64,000 nucleotides of DNA from an uncultured Candidatus Saccharibacteria bacterium (GCA_964630525.1 CAZVUY010000001.1:44883-108882); one strand, 5' to 3'. Numbered from the stretch's first letter, positions 19,537 to 29,330 are shown. Made by a program: numbers and translations. Notes: generated by a model not told the origin, from the sequence alone.

Positions 19537-20175
19537 TTATTTACTTACTAATTTTTTGACGTGCATATAAACATCTGTGTAAACACTTTCTTTATCTTTA
19601 GAGGCGTCAACTTTGTAGCATTTTACTTTCTTAAAAAAAGACTCGTACCCATCAAAAACTCTTTGGTGATATTTTCGGGTTTGATTATCAAAATGATTAT
19701 TTCCGTCTCTATTCTTACTACGACTTCGAGCAATTTCTGGAGTTATTCGTAAATAAATATAATTGACACTTAATTCAGCTAGTATATTTTTTCTTAAAAA
19801 CCAAAAAATCTTTTCAAGATTTAAGTTTTGTTGTCCAAACAGTTGAAAAGAAAAAGTTGATGTATCAAACCTATCAGAAACAACATTTACTCCTTTTTTT
19901 AAACTCGGAATTATGAGCTCCTGCACATGAGACGCTCTTGAAGATACAAATCCAAGTAACATTGGTAGTGGTGGCACATTTTTTGACTTGGAATCAAGCA
20001 ACACATTTCTTACCATTTCACCAAACACTGTTCCTCCGGGTTCCCTAGTATATAAAAAACTGGAAAAATCTTTTTTTAAACGGTTTATAACTTCTGTTTT
20101 TCCAGATCCATCTAAACCCTCTATCACTATAAACCTGGCCTTTCCTTTACTCATATCCACTATGCTATCATACAA
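19537..20175 (-). CDS. tmk: thymidylate kinase
   Basis: IVIEGLDGSGKT P-loop and TREPGGT. Confidence 0.8.
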   Translation of the reverse strand: MYDSIVDMSKGKARFIVIEGLDGSGKTEVINRLKKDFSSFLYTREPGGTVFGEMVRNVLLDSKSKNVPPLPMLLGFVSSRASHVQELIIPSLKKGVNVVSDRFDTSTFSFQLFGQQNLNLEKIFWFLRKNILAELSVNYIYLRITPEIARSRSKNRDGNNHFDNQTRKYHQRVFDGYESFFKKVKCYKVDASKDKESVYTDVYMHVKKLVSK

Positions 20176-20201
20176 CTAAATTTATTTTTAACCCAAGACC
20201 A

Positions 20202-21557
20202 ATGGACTTAACTTCACTAAAACACACAAAAAAGGGCCTTTCAAATGGTGGGATGATTCTAGCCCTGGATACTGGTGCAATCATAAATCCGGAAGCAGAA
20301 GCAATGCTTCAAGCTCTACATTCCCGTTCTATAGGTGGCATAAACAGTCACCTTGAGGTGCTAGCCAAAAAAGGAGCCGAAAACTTCATGGCCAACTTCT
20401 ATGTCGGCTACGGCCACAAGTCTATAGGAGATTGTGGAACCATCACTCTTTTCATCGAGGGAGTATCGATGCTTGCAGCCAAAGCGATCCAAGATTGGCC
20501 ACTCTATTCAGGACAAGAAGCCTCGACCAGATATATAGATTTTGCCAACCAACCGTTTGTAGATCCAAAAGGCACAAAACAGTCAAAAGGAGTCCTCGAA
20601 AATTGGCGCTCATTTTACATGAAGGGTTTGAGTAAACTTGGAGAAGAACTACCAAAAAGATTTCCTCGGGGCGAAAATGAGGATGAAAAAATCTATACCA
20701 AAGCAATCAAAGCTAGAGCTTTCGATATTATGAGAAGTTTCTTGCCTTCAGGAGCGACTACCAACCTAGCTTGGCACACCAATCTTCGACAAGCGGCCGA
20801 CCACGTGATGAGACTTCGCCATCATCCACTCAAAGAGGTTCGGGATATTGCGGAAAAGCTTGAAGAACTACTTTTAGAAACTTTCCCGAGTTCTTTTGGG
20901 CACAAGAGGTACGACAATACAGAGAATTTCAATAAAGAATGGATGCAAAAAGAATATTATTACACCAATAAAAAATCTCCAGAATTTGCTCTTTCCAGAA
21001 ATTCGATAAACAAAAAAACTCTCTCTAAATACAAGAGGATACTTTCAAAAAGACCGGTTAAAACAGAGGTTCCAAAAGAGATAGCAGAGGCCGGACAAGT
21101 CCAATTTGAATTTTTGCTCGACTTTGGCTCATTCCGAGATATTCAAAGACATAGAGCTGTATTGCAGAGAATGCCACTGGTCACCATGGACCATGGCTTC
21201 GGCGAATGGTACTTGGGTGAACTACCAAAAGATTTAGCAAAAGAAGCTTTGGCCCTCCTTAAAAAACAGAAGCAAGAAATAAAAAAGTTAAAACTCGACA
21301 AAACAGAAGAACAATATTACATACCAATGGGTTATAAACTACCCAATAAACTCACAGGGTCAATACCTCATATTGTTTATCTTTCAGAGCTACGTTGTAC
21401 TCGCTTTGTACATCCAACTTTAAGATCAATCGCTATAAAAATGGCAGAGGCTTTGAGAAAAAAATTTAAAAATGAAGGTCTCACCGTCCATACCGATAAA
21501 GATCCTGATAGATTTGATGTAAACAGAGGCAAACACGACATAGTTGCAAAAAATTAA
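20202..21557 (+). CDS. divergent, possibly tandem-duplicated ThyX-like flavin-dependent thymidylate synthase (tentative)
   Basis: two halves with ThyX-like motifs (LHSRS...SHLE; TNLAWHTNLRQAADHVMRLRHHP similar to NARSLMNFLNLRADSHAQ; RHR near C-terminus); embedded in a dut-glyA-tmk-dcd cluster. Confidence 0.35.
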   Translation: MDLTSLKHTKKGLSNGGMILALDTGAIINPEAEAMLQALHSRSIGGINSHLEVLAKKGAENFMANFYVGYGHKSIGDCGTITLFIEGVSMLAAKAIQDWPLYSGQEASTRYIDFANQPFVDPKGTKQSKGVLENWRSFYMKGLSKLGEELPKRFPRGENEDEKIYTKAIKARAFDIMRSFLPSGATTNLAWHTNLRQAADHVMRLRHHPLKEVRDIAEKLEELLLETFPSSFGHKRYDNTENFNKEWMQKEYYYTNKKSPEFALSRNSINKKTLSKYKRILSKRPVKTEVPKEIAEAGQVQFEFLLDFGSFRDIQRHRAVLQRMPLVTMDHGFGEWYLGELPKDLAKEALALLKKQKQEIKKLKLDKTEEQYYIPMGYKLPNKLTGSIPHIVYLSELRCTRFVHPTLRSIAIKMAEALRKKFKNEGLTVHTDKDPDRFDVNRGKHDIVAKN

Positions 21558-21580
21558 CATTCTTTTATACTGCAAATTCT

Positions 21581-22252
21581 ATGGCACTGAGCAATAAAAA
21601 AATTCTGGAAGAAATAAAAAAGGGCGACATAATCATCACCCCTTTCAAAAAAGAAAATTTGGCCACCTCCAGTTATGACGTTACCCTTGGTGAATATTTT
21701 TTCGCTGAAAAACCATCAAAACACTTCCAAAACATTTTCAATATTTACGAAAAAAACCACGTCGATAGTGTTTGGGGCACTACCCCACTTAGAGCAAAGA
21801 CTGCGAGTGAAGTATTCAAAGATTATAAATTTGAATTTGGCAACATATCACCTAAAGATAAAGTGATTCTGCTTGCTCCCGGAGAAACCATTTTGGCTCA
21901 TACCAACGAGTTTATCGGCGGTCGCAAACATATCACCACCATGATGAAAGCTAGGTCTTCTTTGGGTAGAAGCTTCATCGAGGTTTGCAAATGCGCCGGT
22001 TGGGGAGATGTGGGATATATAAATCGTTGGACAATGGAGATCACAAACAATTCGAATCATTACTATATTCCACTGGTGGTCGGGAGAAGAATTGCTCAAA
22101 TTGTATTTTTTGAGACAGGTGAAATAACTGACCACGATTATACTAAAAGCGGCAAATACAACAACACGACTGATATAAAACAAACTATTAAAAACTGGAG
22201 TCCGATGAGCATGCTCCCGAGACTGTATCAGGATAAAGAAATTAAAAAATGA
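21581..22252 (+). CDS. dcd: dCTP deaminase
   Basis: ILEEIKKGDIIITPF...NLATSSYDVTLGEYF typical Dcd N-terminus. Confidence 0.85.
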   Translation: MALSNKKILEEIKKGDIIITPFKKENLATSSYDVTLGEYFFAEKPSKHFQNIFNIYEKNHVDSVWGTTPLRAKTASEVFKDYKFEFGNISPKDKVILLAPGETILAHTNEFIGGRKHITTMMKARSSLGRSFIEVCKCAGWGDVGYINRWTMEITNNSNHYYIPLVVGRRIAQIVFFETGEITDHDYTKSGKYNNTTDIKQTIKNWSPMSMLPRLYQDKEIKK

Positions 22253-22290
22253 AAGAGGTTCCGAGCAAAAGCTGAAACCTCTAAATATTC

Positions 22291-22512
22291 CTACACCAAC
22301 CGAATTACCGCGCTTCTCCTCCAAACGTCAATAATCTTCTCATCACCAAATTGATCTCTAATTAATTGACATTCTTCTTCACTACCCAATTTAGCTACTA
22401 TAGCCAACTTCTCTCCTCTGGCTGGAACGTGCTCAGATGAAAGAATCTTGACCGTAACTCGTTTATTTTTAGGCATTTTTGAAACACAAATAACCCAGAA
22501 TACTTTTTCCAT
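22291..22512 (-). CDS. small hypothetical protein (73 aa)
   Basis: AAGGAG 7 nt upstream of ATG; MEKVFWVICVSKMPKNKRVTVKILSSEHVPARGEKL... Confidence 0.4.
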   Translation of the reverse strand: MEKVFWVICVSKMPKNKRVTVKILSSEHVPARGEKLAIVAKLGSEEECQLIRDQFGDEKIIDVWRRSAVIRLV

Positions 22513-22534
22513 AATAATCTCCTTGTGCTTAGGA

Positions 22535-22569
22535 TTTAAAAAAACAAAAAAACTGCCCCAGCGGGGCAA
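22535..22569 (-). terminator. rho-independent terminator after rplK
   Basis: TGCCCC-GCT-GGGGCA then GTTTTTTTGTTTTTTT on minus strand. Confidence 0.65.
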
Positions 22570-22672
22570 GTTTCAAAAGGTTTTGAATTCAAAACCTGCC
22601 CCCTAAGTCAGTTTAGAAAAAGGAGTAGTAAATCCAGACCAAGTTTTTGTAAATTTATTATGTAACATTAGA

Positions 22673-23095
22673 TTATCCCTTCACCTCGACGCCCATAGAC
22701 CTGCACTGCCCAGCGATAATCTTGATCGCTGCTTCTAGGTCGTTGGCGTTTAGGTCTACCATCTTCTTTTCGGCGATTTCTTCGAGTTGTTTTCGGGTAA
22801 TAGTACCCACTTTTTGAACTGGTGGCTTGCCGGCACCCTTCTCGATACCTAGAGCCTTCATGATCAAACTTGAGGCTGGTGGGGTCTTTAGGACAAAGTC
22901 GAAAGTCCTGTCTTCATAGATAGAAATCTCGGCTGGCACCAAGCCGTCCATTTCTCGAGTAGCGTCGTTGAACTGTTTGACGAATTCACCAATATTAATA
23001 CCAGCGGGACCGAGTGCAGTACCTACCGGAGGCGCCGGGGTTGCCTTACCCGCCGCAATCACTAGTTTTATTTTTTTGCTTACTTTTTTTGCCAT
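22673..23095 (-). CDS. rplK: 50S ribosomal protein L11
   Basis: [30 protein letters not shown]... uL11. Confidence 0.93.
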   Translation of the reverse strand: MAKKVSKKIKLVIAAGKATPAPPVGTALGPAGINIGEFVKQFNDATREMDGLVPAEISIYEDRTFDFVLKTPPASSLIMKALGIEKGAGKPPVQKVGTITRKQLEEIAEKKMVDLNANDLEAAIKIIAGQCRSMGVEVKG

Positions 23096-23097
23096 TA

Positions 23098-23138
23098 CAT
23101 GACACTAATTACGAATTGGCACGAATAACACGAATGGG
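23098..23138. repeat. family-1 repeat, reverse orientation (left flank of GxxExxY gene)
   Basis: reverse complement CATTCGTGTTATTCGTGCCAATTCGTAATTAGTGTCATG. Confidence 0.65.
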
Positions 23139-23507
23139 TTTCAAGTATTTATTTCTAAAATTTACTATCAGACCCAGATCCAGACCGCTCGCGTTCAAAT
23201 ACCTATTCATTTGATAATAATCTTCCTTAGTGACCAAGTCTTTGGCCTTTAGGTCGATTAGAAGCATATTGTTTATAACAAAATCTACCCTATTTGTAAA
23301 CTGGTTCTCAATTTTATCTATAGACAGCTCCTTTTCCCTTTCAAATTTTATGTTATTTTCCTTTAAAATAGTTTCGAAGTAATCAGCGTACTGTTTTTCT
23401 CGACAATAGCGACCCAGTTGATTGTGCACCTTAAAAAGTAGGCCGTTTATTAGATATGATAGCTCCTTGTGAATGATCCCTCTTTTATTCGTGTCATTCG
23501 AGTTCAT
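23109..23507 (-). CDS. GxxExxY-family protein (PD-(D/E)XK-like), inserted between nusG and rplK
   Basis: ~130 aa, LINGLLFKVHNQLG...E..Y pattern typical of the GxxExxY family; flanked by inverted copies of the TTCGTGT repeat. Confidence 0.6.
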   Translation of the reverse strand: MNSNDTNKRGIIHKELSYLINGLLFKVHNQLGRYCREKQYADYFETILKENNIKFEREKELSIDKIENQFTNRVDFVINNMLLIDLKAKDLVTKEDYYQMNRYLNASGLDLGLIVNFRNKYLKPIRVIRANS

Positions 23508-23526
23508 TCGTGTATTGGTGTCGAGT
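23483..23526. repeat. family-1 repeat, forward orientation (right flank of GxxExxY gene; encodes its first codons)
   Basis: TTTTATTCGTGTCATTCGAGTTCATTCGTGTATTGGTGTCGAG. Confidence 0.7.
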
Positions 23527-24071
23527 TAGATTTTCTTTACTTGCAAGAAGTCCAGCTCTACCGGGGTCTCTCGACCAAACATTGGCACCATCACCTTCAC
23601 CTTACCCCTATTTTCATCGACTTCACCCACCTTCCCTTCCAAATCTTTGAACGGACCGTCAACAATCTTGACCGCATCATCTACCGACAAATCAATATTG
23701 TGTTTGACTTGTTCCGAGCTCATTCGCTTAAAGAGCTCGTCGACTTCGTTTTTGTCGAGTGGTACCGGGAAAACGCCGGAGCCTACAAACCCAGTCACTC
23801 TTGGGGTGTTACGGACGACATACCAAGAATCATCGGTCACGATCATATCTACCAAAATATAGCCGGGGTAAATTTTCTCTTCCTCTTCTACCCTCTTGTT
23901 ACCTTTGATCTTGATTTTCTTTTCGGTCGGCACGATCACATTGAAAATCTTGTCTTCCATGCCCAAAGACTCGATACGCTGCTTCAAGTTGCGCATCACT
24001 GTATTTTCATAGCCGGAATAGGTATGGATAGCATACCAGTTTCGACCTTCTTTGATCTGTTGTTTAGACAT
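23526..24071 (-). CDS. nusG: transcription termination/antitermination factor NusG
   Basis: NWYAIHTYSGYENTV NGN domain; C-terminal KOW. Confidence 0.9.
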   Translation of the reverse strand: MSKQQIKEGRNWYAIHTYSGYENTVMRNLKQRIESLGMEDKIFNVIVPTEKKIKIKGNKRVEEEEKIYPGYILVDMIVTDDSWYVVRNTPRVTGFVGSGVFPVPLDKNEVDELFKRMSSEQVKHNIDLSVDDAVKIVDGPFKDLEGKVGEVDENRGKVKVMVPMFGRETPVELDFLQVKKI

Positions 24072-24084
24072 AATTTAGAAAGAT

Positions 24085-24336
24085 TTAGCTGATAAATAAA
24101 TTCAAGGCTCGGGAAAAGATAAGATCAAAGACTCCCAAGAAGGCCGCTACGACAACAGAAATCAAGATCACCACGACAGAGAAGATAACCGACTGTCGCT
24201 TGCTTGGCCAATTGACATGAGCCAATTCACCTTGAGTCTCGCGAAAATAACTTAAGATTGACATGAATTTTATATTATTGGTAACCCCTATTAAAAAACC
24301 CCTCGCGGGGTTTCTTAATTTAATTGTTGCCTCCAT
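24085..24336 (-). CDS. secE: preprotein translocase subunit SecE
   Basis: 83 aa, single C-terminal TM, position upstream of nusG. Confidence 0.75.
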   Translation of the reverse strand: MEATIKLRNPARGFLIGVTNNIKFMSILSYFRETQGELAHVNWPSKRQSVIFSVVVILISVVVAAFLGVFDLIFSRALNLFIS

Positions 24337-24371
24337 TATACTCTCCCTCCAAATAAAGTCAAGTTCACAAC

Positions 24372-24413
24372 TTTATTCGTGTCATTCGAGTTCATTTGTG
24401 GATTGGTGTCGAG
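24372..24413. repeat. family-1 TTCGTGT repeat copy
   Basis: TTTATTCGTGTCATTCGAGTTCATTTGTGGATTGGTGTCGAG. Confidence 0.7.
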
Positions 24414-25220
24414 TTACCTTATCTCGTAGACGATATTGACGCGAGAAGTGATCTTGGTCTCGCCGGTTGGAAGCTCGGCTCTAGCGGGAGCAGCTGATGA
24501 TTTGACCATATCAGCCCCGCCCATCCCTTCCGCGTAATACATCGGATAAGAACCCTCTTCGTTGAAAGAGATCATTTTTACTAAACGAACACCAAGCTGT
24601 TTGGCGAGGAGTTTGGCTTCGGCCTTGGCTTTGACGATCGCCTCTTCTCTGGCCTGTGCTTCATATTTCTCTCGATCATCAACAGTAAATTCGAGACCGC
24701 TGATATTGGAAACATTGACGGCACCCACCTTGGTGACAAGATCAGCCGCTTTCTCAGTCTCTCGTACCTTCACCGTCACGGTCTGGCTCACTTCATAACC
24801 CTTCAAAACATTTTTGCCGGCAGGACAAGGAGTGGTGATGCAGTAGATTTGTTCCCATTCGTATTTTGGATAGACATTGTAACCAGTAGTCTTGATGTCT
24901 TTATCCTCAACCCCAGACTCTCTCACAGCCGCGAGAGCTTTGTTTATTTTCTCATCCAACTTGCCCTGAGCCTCTTTCACTGTATCGGCTAGCTCGGTCA
25001 CTGAAAAATTGAAAGTGGCAATATCAGGGATAGCATATGCCTCCCCTTCACCGCTCACCATGATGGTCGACTGAGGATAGATCTCATTGCCAACCTTTGG
25101 CAACTTTTTCACGTCAGCAATGATTTTGACTAAGAGAAAAACCGAGAAAAGCATGAGAGAAACCCCAATCCACTTGGTCACCCTCCTTGATCCTTCCTCA
25201 CCCAAAAATTGATTGAACAT
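24414..25220 (-). CDS. SIMPL-domain (DUF541/BP26-like) protein
   Basis: signal anchor then the characteristic two-lobed SIMPL sequence pattern. Confidence 0.6.
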   Translation of the reverse strand: MFNQFLGEEGSRRVTKWIGVSLMLFSVFLLVKIIADVKKLPKVGNEIYPQSTIMVSGEGEAYAIPDIATFNFSVTELADTVKEAQGKLDEKINKALAAVRESGVEDKDIKTTGYNVYPKYEWEQIYCITTPCPAGKNVLKGYEVSQTVTVKVRETEKAADLVTKVGAVNVSNISGLEFTVDDREKYEAQAREEAIVKAKAEAKLLAKQLGVRLVKMISFNEEGSYPMYYAEGMGGADMVKSSAAPARAELPTGETKITSRVNIVYEIR

Positions 25221-25305
25221 TTTTTATTAAATTAAAGATAACAATGTGCAGCGCGCCGCTTCACCGGCGTATTATAGCATATTGAAGCCTTTGATCCTAA
25301 ACTGA

Positions 25306-26223
25306 TTATTTAGCAACTAAGTCCAATAGGTTTTCGAAAAGGCAGGCGACCGTGAGGGGGCCGACGCCGCCGGGGACGGGGGTGATGGCGGCCACTAGGG
25401 GCTCGACTTCAGCAAAGGCAACGTCACCAACGATTTTAGGTAATGAAGAGTTTGTATGTCTTTCCCTCTCCTTCACAAGGAGAGGGTCTACACGAAGTGA
25501 GGGGTGAGGTTGGTTGATCCCCACATCCACCACCACCTGCTTTTCATTCACGAAATCTTTGGTCACTAGCCCAGCCTCTCCGGCGGCCGAAACCAGAATA
25601 TCTGACTTCTTGCAGATATCCATTATCTCCGATTTTTCCATCCCTCGATGGCAGACTGTCACCTCACCACCTCTTTCCCTCAAAACTTGAGCGATCGGCC
25701 CTCCAGCGAGCTTAGAGCGGCCGATCACCGCCACCCTTTTGCCACTTACCATTACCTCATAATGATCGAGTAGAGCGAGTACCGCTCGGGCAGTCGCCGG
25801 AGTCACAACAAGGCTATCCTCAGTGTCCAGGACAGTTCTTGATACCAGACCATCCGCATCTTTGCTTTTGGGAATTGAATTTACTATTTCCTCCACATCA
25901 ACATTCTGAGGCAAAGGGAGCTGGACAATAATCCCATCTACTTCTTTATCTTCACTAAATCTTTCTATCGATCTTATTATTTTTTCTTTCGTTTCTAAAT
26001 CTTTTAATCCTCCCGTTTCCAATTTTTCTAAAATTACTTTCACCCCTATTTCTTGGCCAAAATTTGCTTTATTCCTTATATAAATATTAGAGTCCGGCCG
26101 ATCGCCAACCTGAACAATAGCCAAAGTGGGTTGGCGCCCAGCCATTTTCACTCTTGCTATTAAGTTTTGTTTCAACTGCTCCCTGACAGGAGCACCGTAA
26201 AGAATTTTTGCCATTTTGACCAA
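25306..26223 (-). CDS. folD: bifunctional methylenetetrahydrofolate dehydrogenase/cyclohydrolase
   Basis: AIVQVGDRPDSNIYIRNK...ITPVPGGVGPLTVA; contains an in-frame GC-rich repeat insertion. Confidence 0.88.
   Translation of the reverse strand: MVKMAKILYGAPVREQLKQNLIARVKMAGRQPTLAIVQVGDRPDSNIYIRNKANFGQEIGVKVILEKLETGGLKDLETKEKIIRSIERFSEDKEVDGIIVQLPLPQNVDVEEIVNSIPKSKDADGLVSRTVLDTEDSLVVTPATARAVLALLDHYEVMVSGKRVAVIGRSKLAGGPIAQVLRERGGEVTVCHRGMEKSEIMDICKKSDILVSAAGEAGLVTKDFVNEKQVVVDVGINQPHPSLRVDPLLVKERERHTNSSLPKIVGDVAFAEVEPLVAAITPVPGGVGPLTVACLFENLLDLVAK
25463..25513. repeat. family-2 GC-rich palindromic repeat inside the folD CDS (in frame)
   Basis: TTCCCTCTCCTTCACAAGGAGAGGGTCTACACGAAGTGAGGGGTGAGGTTGG. 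Confidence 0.65.
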
Positions 26224-26260
26224 CTATAACATAAAAAACAGCTAATTTTATGCTAAAATC

Positions 26261-26839
26261 ATGGTCATGGGTCGATGGCAGCGATTTCGCAAAATAGCCT
26301 TTATAGTATTTCTGGTTTTAATAATCGGATCATTTTTTGTTTATGAAATAGCTAGGGACAATACTGATTTTGAAGAAGTGAGACAATATCTCTCAGAGAT
26401 GGGTATTTGGGCACCAGTTATTTTTATCGCTTTTTATACTATTGGCACGATCTTCCTCCCCTCCACTCCGTTTATGGCGTTGGCTGGCATATTTTTCGGT
26501 TTTAAATACGGTCTTCTCTATACAATCATTGGGGGATTAGTCAGCTCTCTTTTGGTCTTCGCCATTTCTCGAACACTTGGTAAAAACTGGGCCGAGAGCA
26601 TTCTGGAACATCGCTACATGAGTAAGCTCGATAACTACAATCGCAAACTTGAATCAGCCGCCATCTTCGATCTGATCATTTTCCGTCTCATCCCAATCAT
26701 GCCTTTCAACGTTCTAAATATCCTGATGGGTGTCTCACGCATCAAACCCAGGGATTACCTCATCGGCACCCTGATAGGTCTTATCCCGAGTAATCTTGTA
26801 GCTGTCTATTTCGGCGATATTTTGGGCAAAATATTTTAG
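26261..26839 (+). CDS. DedA/TVP38-family membrane protein
   Basis: multi-TM SNARE-associated domain pattern. Confidence 0.65.
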   Translation: MVMGRWQRFRKIAFIVFLVLIIGSFFVYEIARDNTDFEEVRQYLSEMGIWAPVIFIAFYTIGTIFLPSTPFMALAGIFFGFKYGLLYTIIGGLVSSLLVFAISRTLGKNWAESILEHRYMSKLDNYNRKLESAAIFDLIIFRLIPIMPFNVLNILMGVSRIKPRDYLIGTLIGLIPSNLVAVYFGDILGKIF

Positions 26840-27210
26840 TGATTTTCGCCAAGCACTCTTTCGATATCTTGGACAATAGATTCCAAACTTTCTTCAGATT
26901 TGATCACATAGCCGATCGCCCCCATCGCCATCACATCACTGATCTTTTTAACACTAGAGAGATTGGAAGAGACCAAAACCGGCACTTTAGGTAAATCTTT
27001 CGATTCTTGCATTTTTTTCAAAAACGAAGCCCCATCTAACTTGGGCATCATCAGGTCTAAAACAATAAGATCTGGTTTTTCATTTTGGAGTTTACTCAAA
27101 CCAGCCTCACCATCCTCTGCTTGCACCAACTGGTACTTTTCTTTTGGCAAAGCCGCCTCTAGAGTCTTGGCAAAAAACTGATCGTCATCTATCACTAAAA
27201 TTTTTTTCAT
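26836..27210 (-). CDS. stand-alone response regulator receiver domain
   Basis: MKKILVIDDD...LIVLDLMMPKLDG... CheY-like. Confidence 0.8.
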   Translation of the reverse strand: MKKILVIDDDQFFAKTLEAALPKEKYQLVQAEDGEAGLSKLQNEKPDLIVLDLMMPKLDGASFLKKMQESKDLPKVPVLVSSNLSSVKKISDVMAMGAIGYVIKSEESLESIVQDIERVLGENH

Positions 27211-27248
27211 ATGCTTGAAAGATTAATATATCTCAAATCATATCACGC

Positions 27249-28658
27249 CTAGAGCGGAAGAGTAAAGAAGAAGGTTGATCCCATACCCTCTTTCGAAACC
27301 ACTCCGACTGTACCTTCATGAGCCTCGGCAATACCCTTGGCAATAACCAACCCCAGGCCAGTACCCTTCTCATCTTTGGCGACCGGTGATATTTTGGCCT
27401 GTTTGTAGGTCTGGAAGAGTTTGTCCAGGTCGCTCGCCGGAATACCAATACCGGTATCAGAGACGGTAATACAGATTGAATCTTGTTTAGTTTTGAGGTC
27501 AGTAATAGTTGGAAATATCTTGTATTTACCGAAATCAATCGAAAGGGCTGGTAGTGAACCCTCGCGCACCACAAAAGCAGAAACCAAAATCGAGCCCCCT
27601 TTGGGGGTAAATTTGATGGCATTTGAAAGAAAATTATTCAAAATCTGCTTCAAAGCTTGCGGGTCAAACAAGGCTGCTGCCGGCAAATCCGGACTTAAAT
27701 AATTCTCCAGGGCAACCTCTCTCGTGCTGGCCGACACTTTGTAAAACATGATCCTGTTCTCTACCAAATCTTTGATACTAGACTCTTCTTTATTAACTTC
27801 AAATTTGCCAGCTTGCAGCTTGGAAAGATCGAGGATATCACTCACCAGTTCCAACATCGAAGCTGAGCTTTGGTGGATCATACCAAGGTACTGCTTGAAT
27901 TCGGGAGAATCGGGTGCGATATGCCCAGAAACGACAAGCTCCACTATTTTCTTAATACCATCAAGCGGAGATCGGAGTTCGTGGACAATCATCGAGGTGA
28001 ATTCTTCTCGAACCTTCATAAGCTTCTGCTCTTCGGTGGTGACCACTTCCTGCAAACGCGTCACTGCCGTTGAAGCCTGGCTGACTATTTTGTACAAAAT
28101 AGTCATATCGGCTTCTTTGTATAAACCTTTTTGGGTATTGGCGATACTCAAAACCCCTACTACCGAGCCGCTAATCACCAAAGGAATGTTGAAGATGGAG
28201 CCAACAGCCTGGTTGAGCTCTTCTATCAGGATGGCTCCTGATATTTTTTCCTCTACAGCATACGAACCCGGTGTTTTGTCAGTCAAAGCCTCTAGAGAAG
28301 CGAGCATCCGCCTTTTCATATCATCCAAAAACGCTCTGTTGACTGAGACTTCAATGTGAGTATTGAGGTTTACTTTTTGTTCTGTAATAACCGCGTAGCT
28401 GACGACGCTATAATTGATGAATTGATGGAGGGATCCGGTAATCAGACTCATTATCTCTTCCACATTCAAGGAATAGCCGATGCGTTCACCTAGTTCTTTG
28501 AGAATGGCGAGTTCATAGATTCGTCGGCTCGCCTCTTCCCTCTCCTTTTTTATTTCTCTCTCCCTTTTTTGGATAGCTGCCAAAAAGTAAAACAGCAGCA
28601 ATACAAAGGCTGTTACAAAAAATATGAGGATGGCGCCCAGGATCAGCGCTTGGTTCAT
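27249..28658 (-). CDS. sensor histidine kinase (TM + GAF-like + HisKA + HATPase)
   Basis: H-box FTSMIVHELRSPL; G-box VSDTGIGIP...GTGLGL. Confidence 0.85.
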   Translation of the reverse strand: MNQALILGAILIFFVTAFVLLLFYFLAAIQKREREIKKEREEASRRIYELAILKELGERIGYSLNVEEIMSLITGSLHQFINYSVVSYAVITEQKVNLNTHIEVSVNRAFLDDMKRRMLASLEALTDKTPGSYAVEEKISGAILIEELNQAVGSIFNIPLVISGSVVGVLSIANTQKGLYKEADMTILYKIVSQASTAVTRLQEVVTTEEQKLMKVREEFTSMIVHELRSPLDGIKKIVELVVSGHIAPDSPEFKQYLGMIHQSSASMLELVSDILDLSKLQAGKFEVNKEESSIKDLVENRIMFYKVSASTREVALENYLSPDLPAAALFDPQALKQILNNFLSNAIKFTPKGGSILVSAFVVREGSLPALSIDFGKYKIFPTITDLKTKQDSICITVSDTGIGIPASDLDKLFQTYKQAKISPVAKDEKGTGLGLVIAKGIAEAHEGTVGVVSKEGMGSTFFFTLPL

Positions 28659-28659
28659 C

Positions 28660-29055
28660 TTAATTATTCATTATGCCCTTAAGAAGCTTGTTGGCACCGA
28701 TAACCATGAAAATATACCCGGTAGCAAAACAGACAGTATTGATAACATTAAACCAAACCACACTCAGCCAAGCATCAACGAAGCTCGCCATTGTACCAAG
28801 CACCACTAGAAACATACCTGCCGCGATATAGTTGAGTACCGAACCGAAAAGCCCACCACCCATCTTCTTGGCGGCACGCAACACAAACATCATTGCGATC
28901 ACACCGATCACAATAGACAAAAGTAACGAGAAATTGCCAGCAAAAATGGAGGCATAGGCAACTTCGTCATTTGCCAATAAAACATCTCGACTTTGTGCAA
29001 AAATACTGGTTGGCCACAAAAGGAACAGGCTCAAAAAATATTTCACCTTGCTCAT
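28660..29055 (-). CDS. small membrane protein
   Basis: signal peptide plus 3 TM; overlaps the HK start codon. Confidence 0.5.
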   Translation of the reverse strand: MSKVKYFLSLFLLWPTSIFAQSRDVLLANDEVAYASIFAGNFSLLLSIVIGVIAMMFVLRAAKKMGGGLFGSVLNYIAAGMFLVVLGTMASFVDAWLSVVWFNVINTVCFATGYIFMVIGANKLLKGIMNN

Positions 29056-29330
29056 GGTTGGATATTAGTTTTAATAGAAGGGTATTTCTTGAAAATAGAG
29101 TCGACAGCGTTCCTGACTATTTCGCCAGACAGAGAGACGTATTCGTCGATTAGTTTCTGCAAAACCACCTGCTCTGGACCGGTAACTTCGGTCACTACAC
29201 CCTCATCGGAGACACTCATACCAGCCACGTTGCGAGCTTTCAGCACTGCGATCTGGGGACCGAGAATAACCACTTGCTTTTGAATAATTTCGGTCAACAT
29301 CGATTTGTAGTCCTCTTTTGTTGGTTCCAT
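29052..29330 (-). CDS. hypothetical protein (92 aa)
   Basis: ORF co-oriented and overlapping the downstream membrane gene. Confidence 0.45.
   Translation of the reverse strand: MEPTKEDYKSMLTEIIQKQVVILGPQIAVLKARNVAGMSVSDEGVVTEVTGPEQVVLQKLIDEYVSLSGEIVRNAVDSIFKKYPSIKTNIQP

Noticed and set aside
21848-22324. 158-aa minus-strand ORF
   Set aside because: Antisense to dcd, low-complexity, no RBS; shadow ORF
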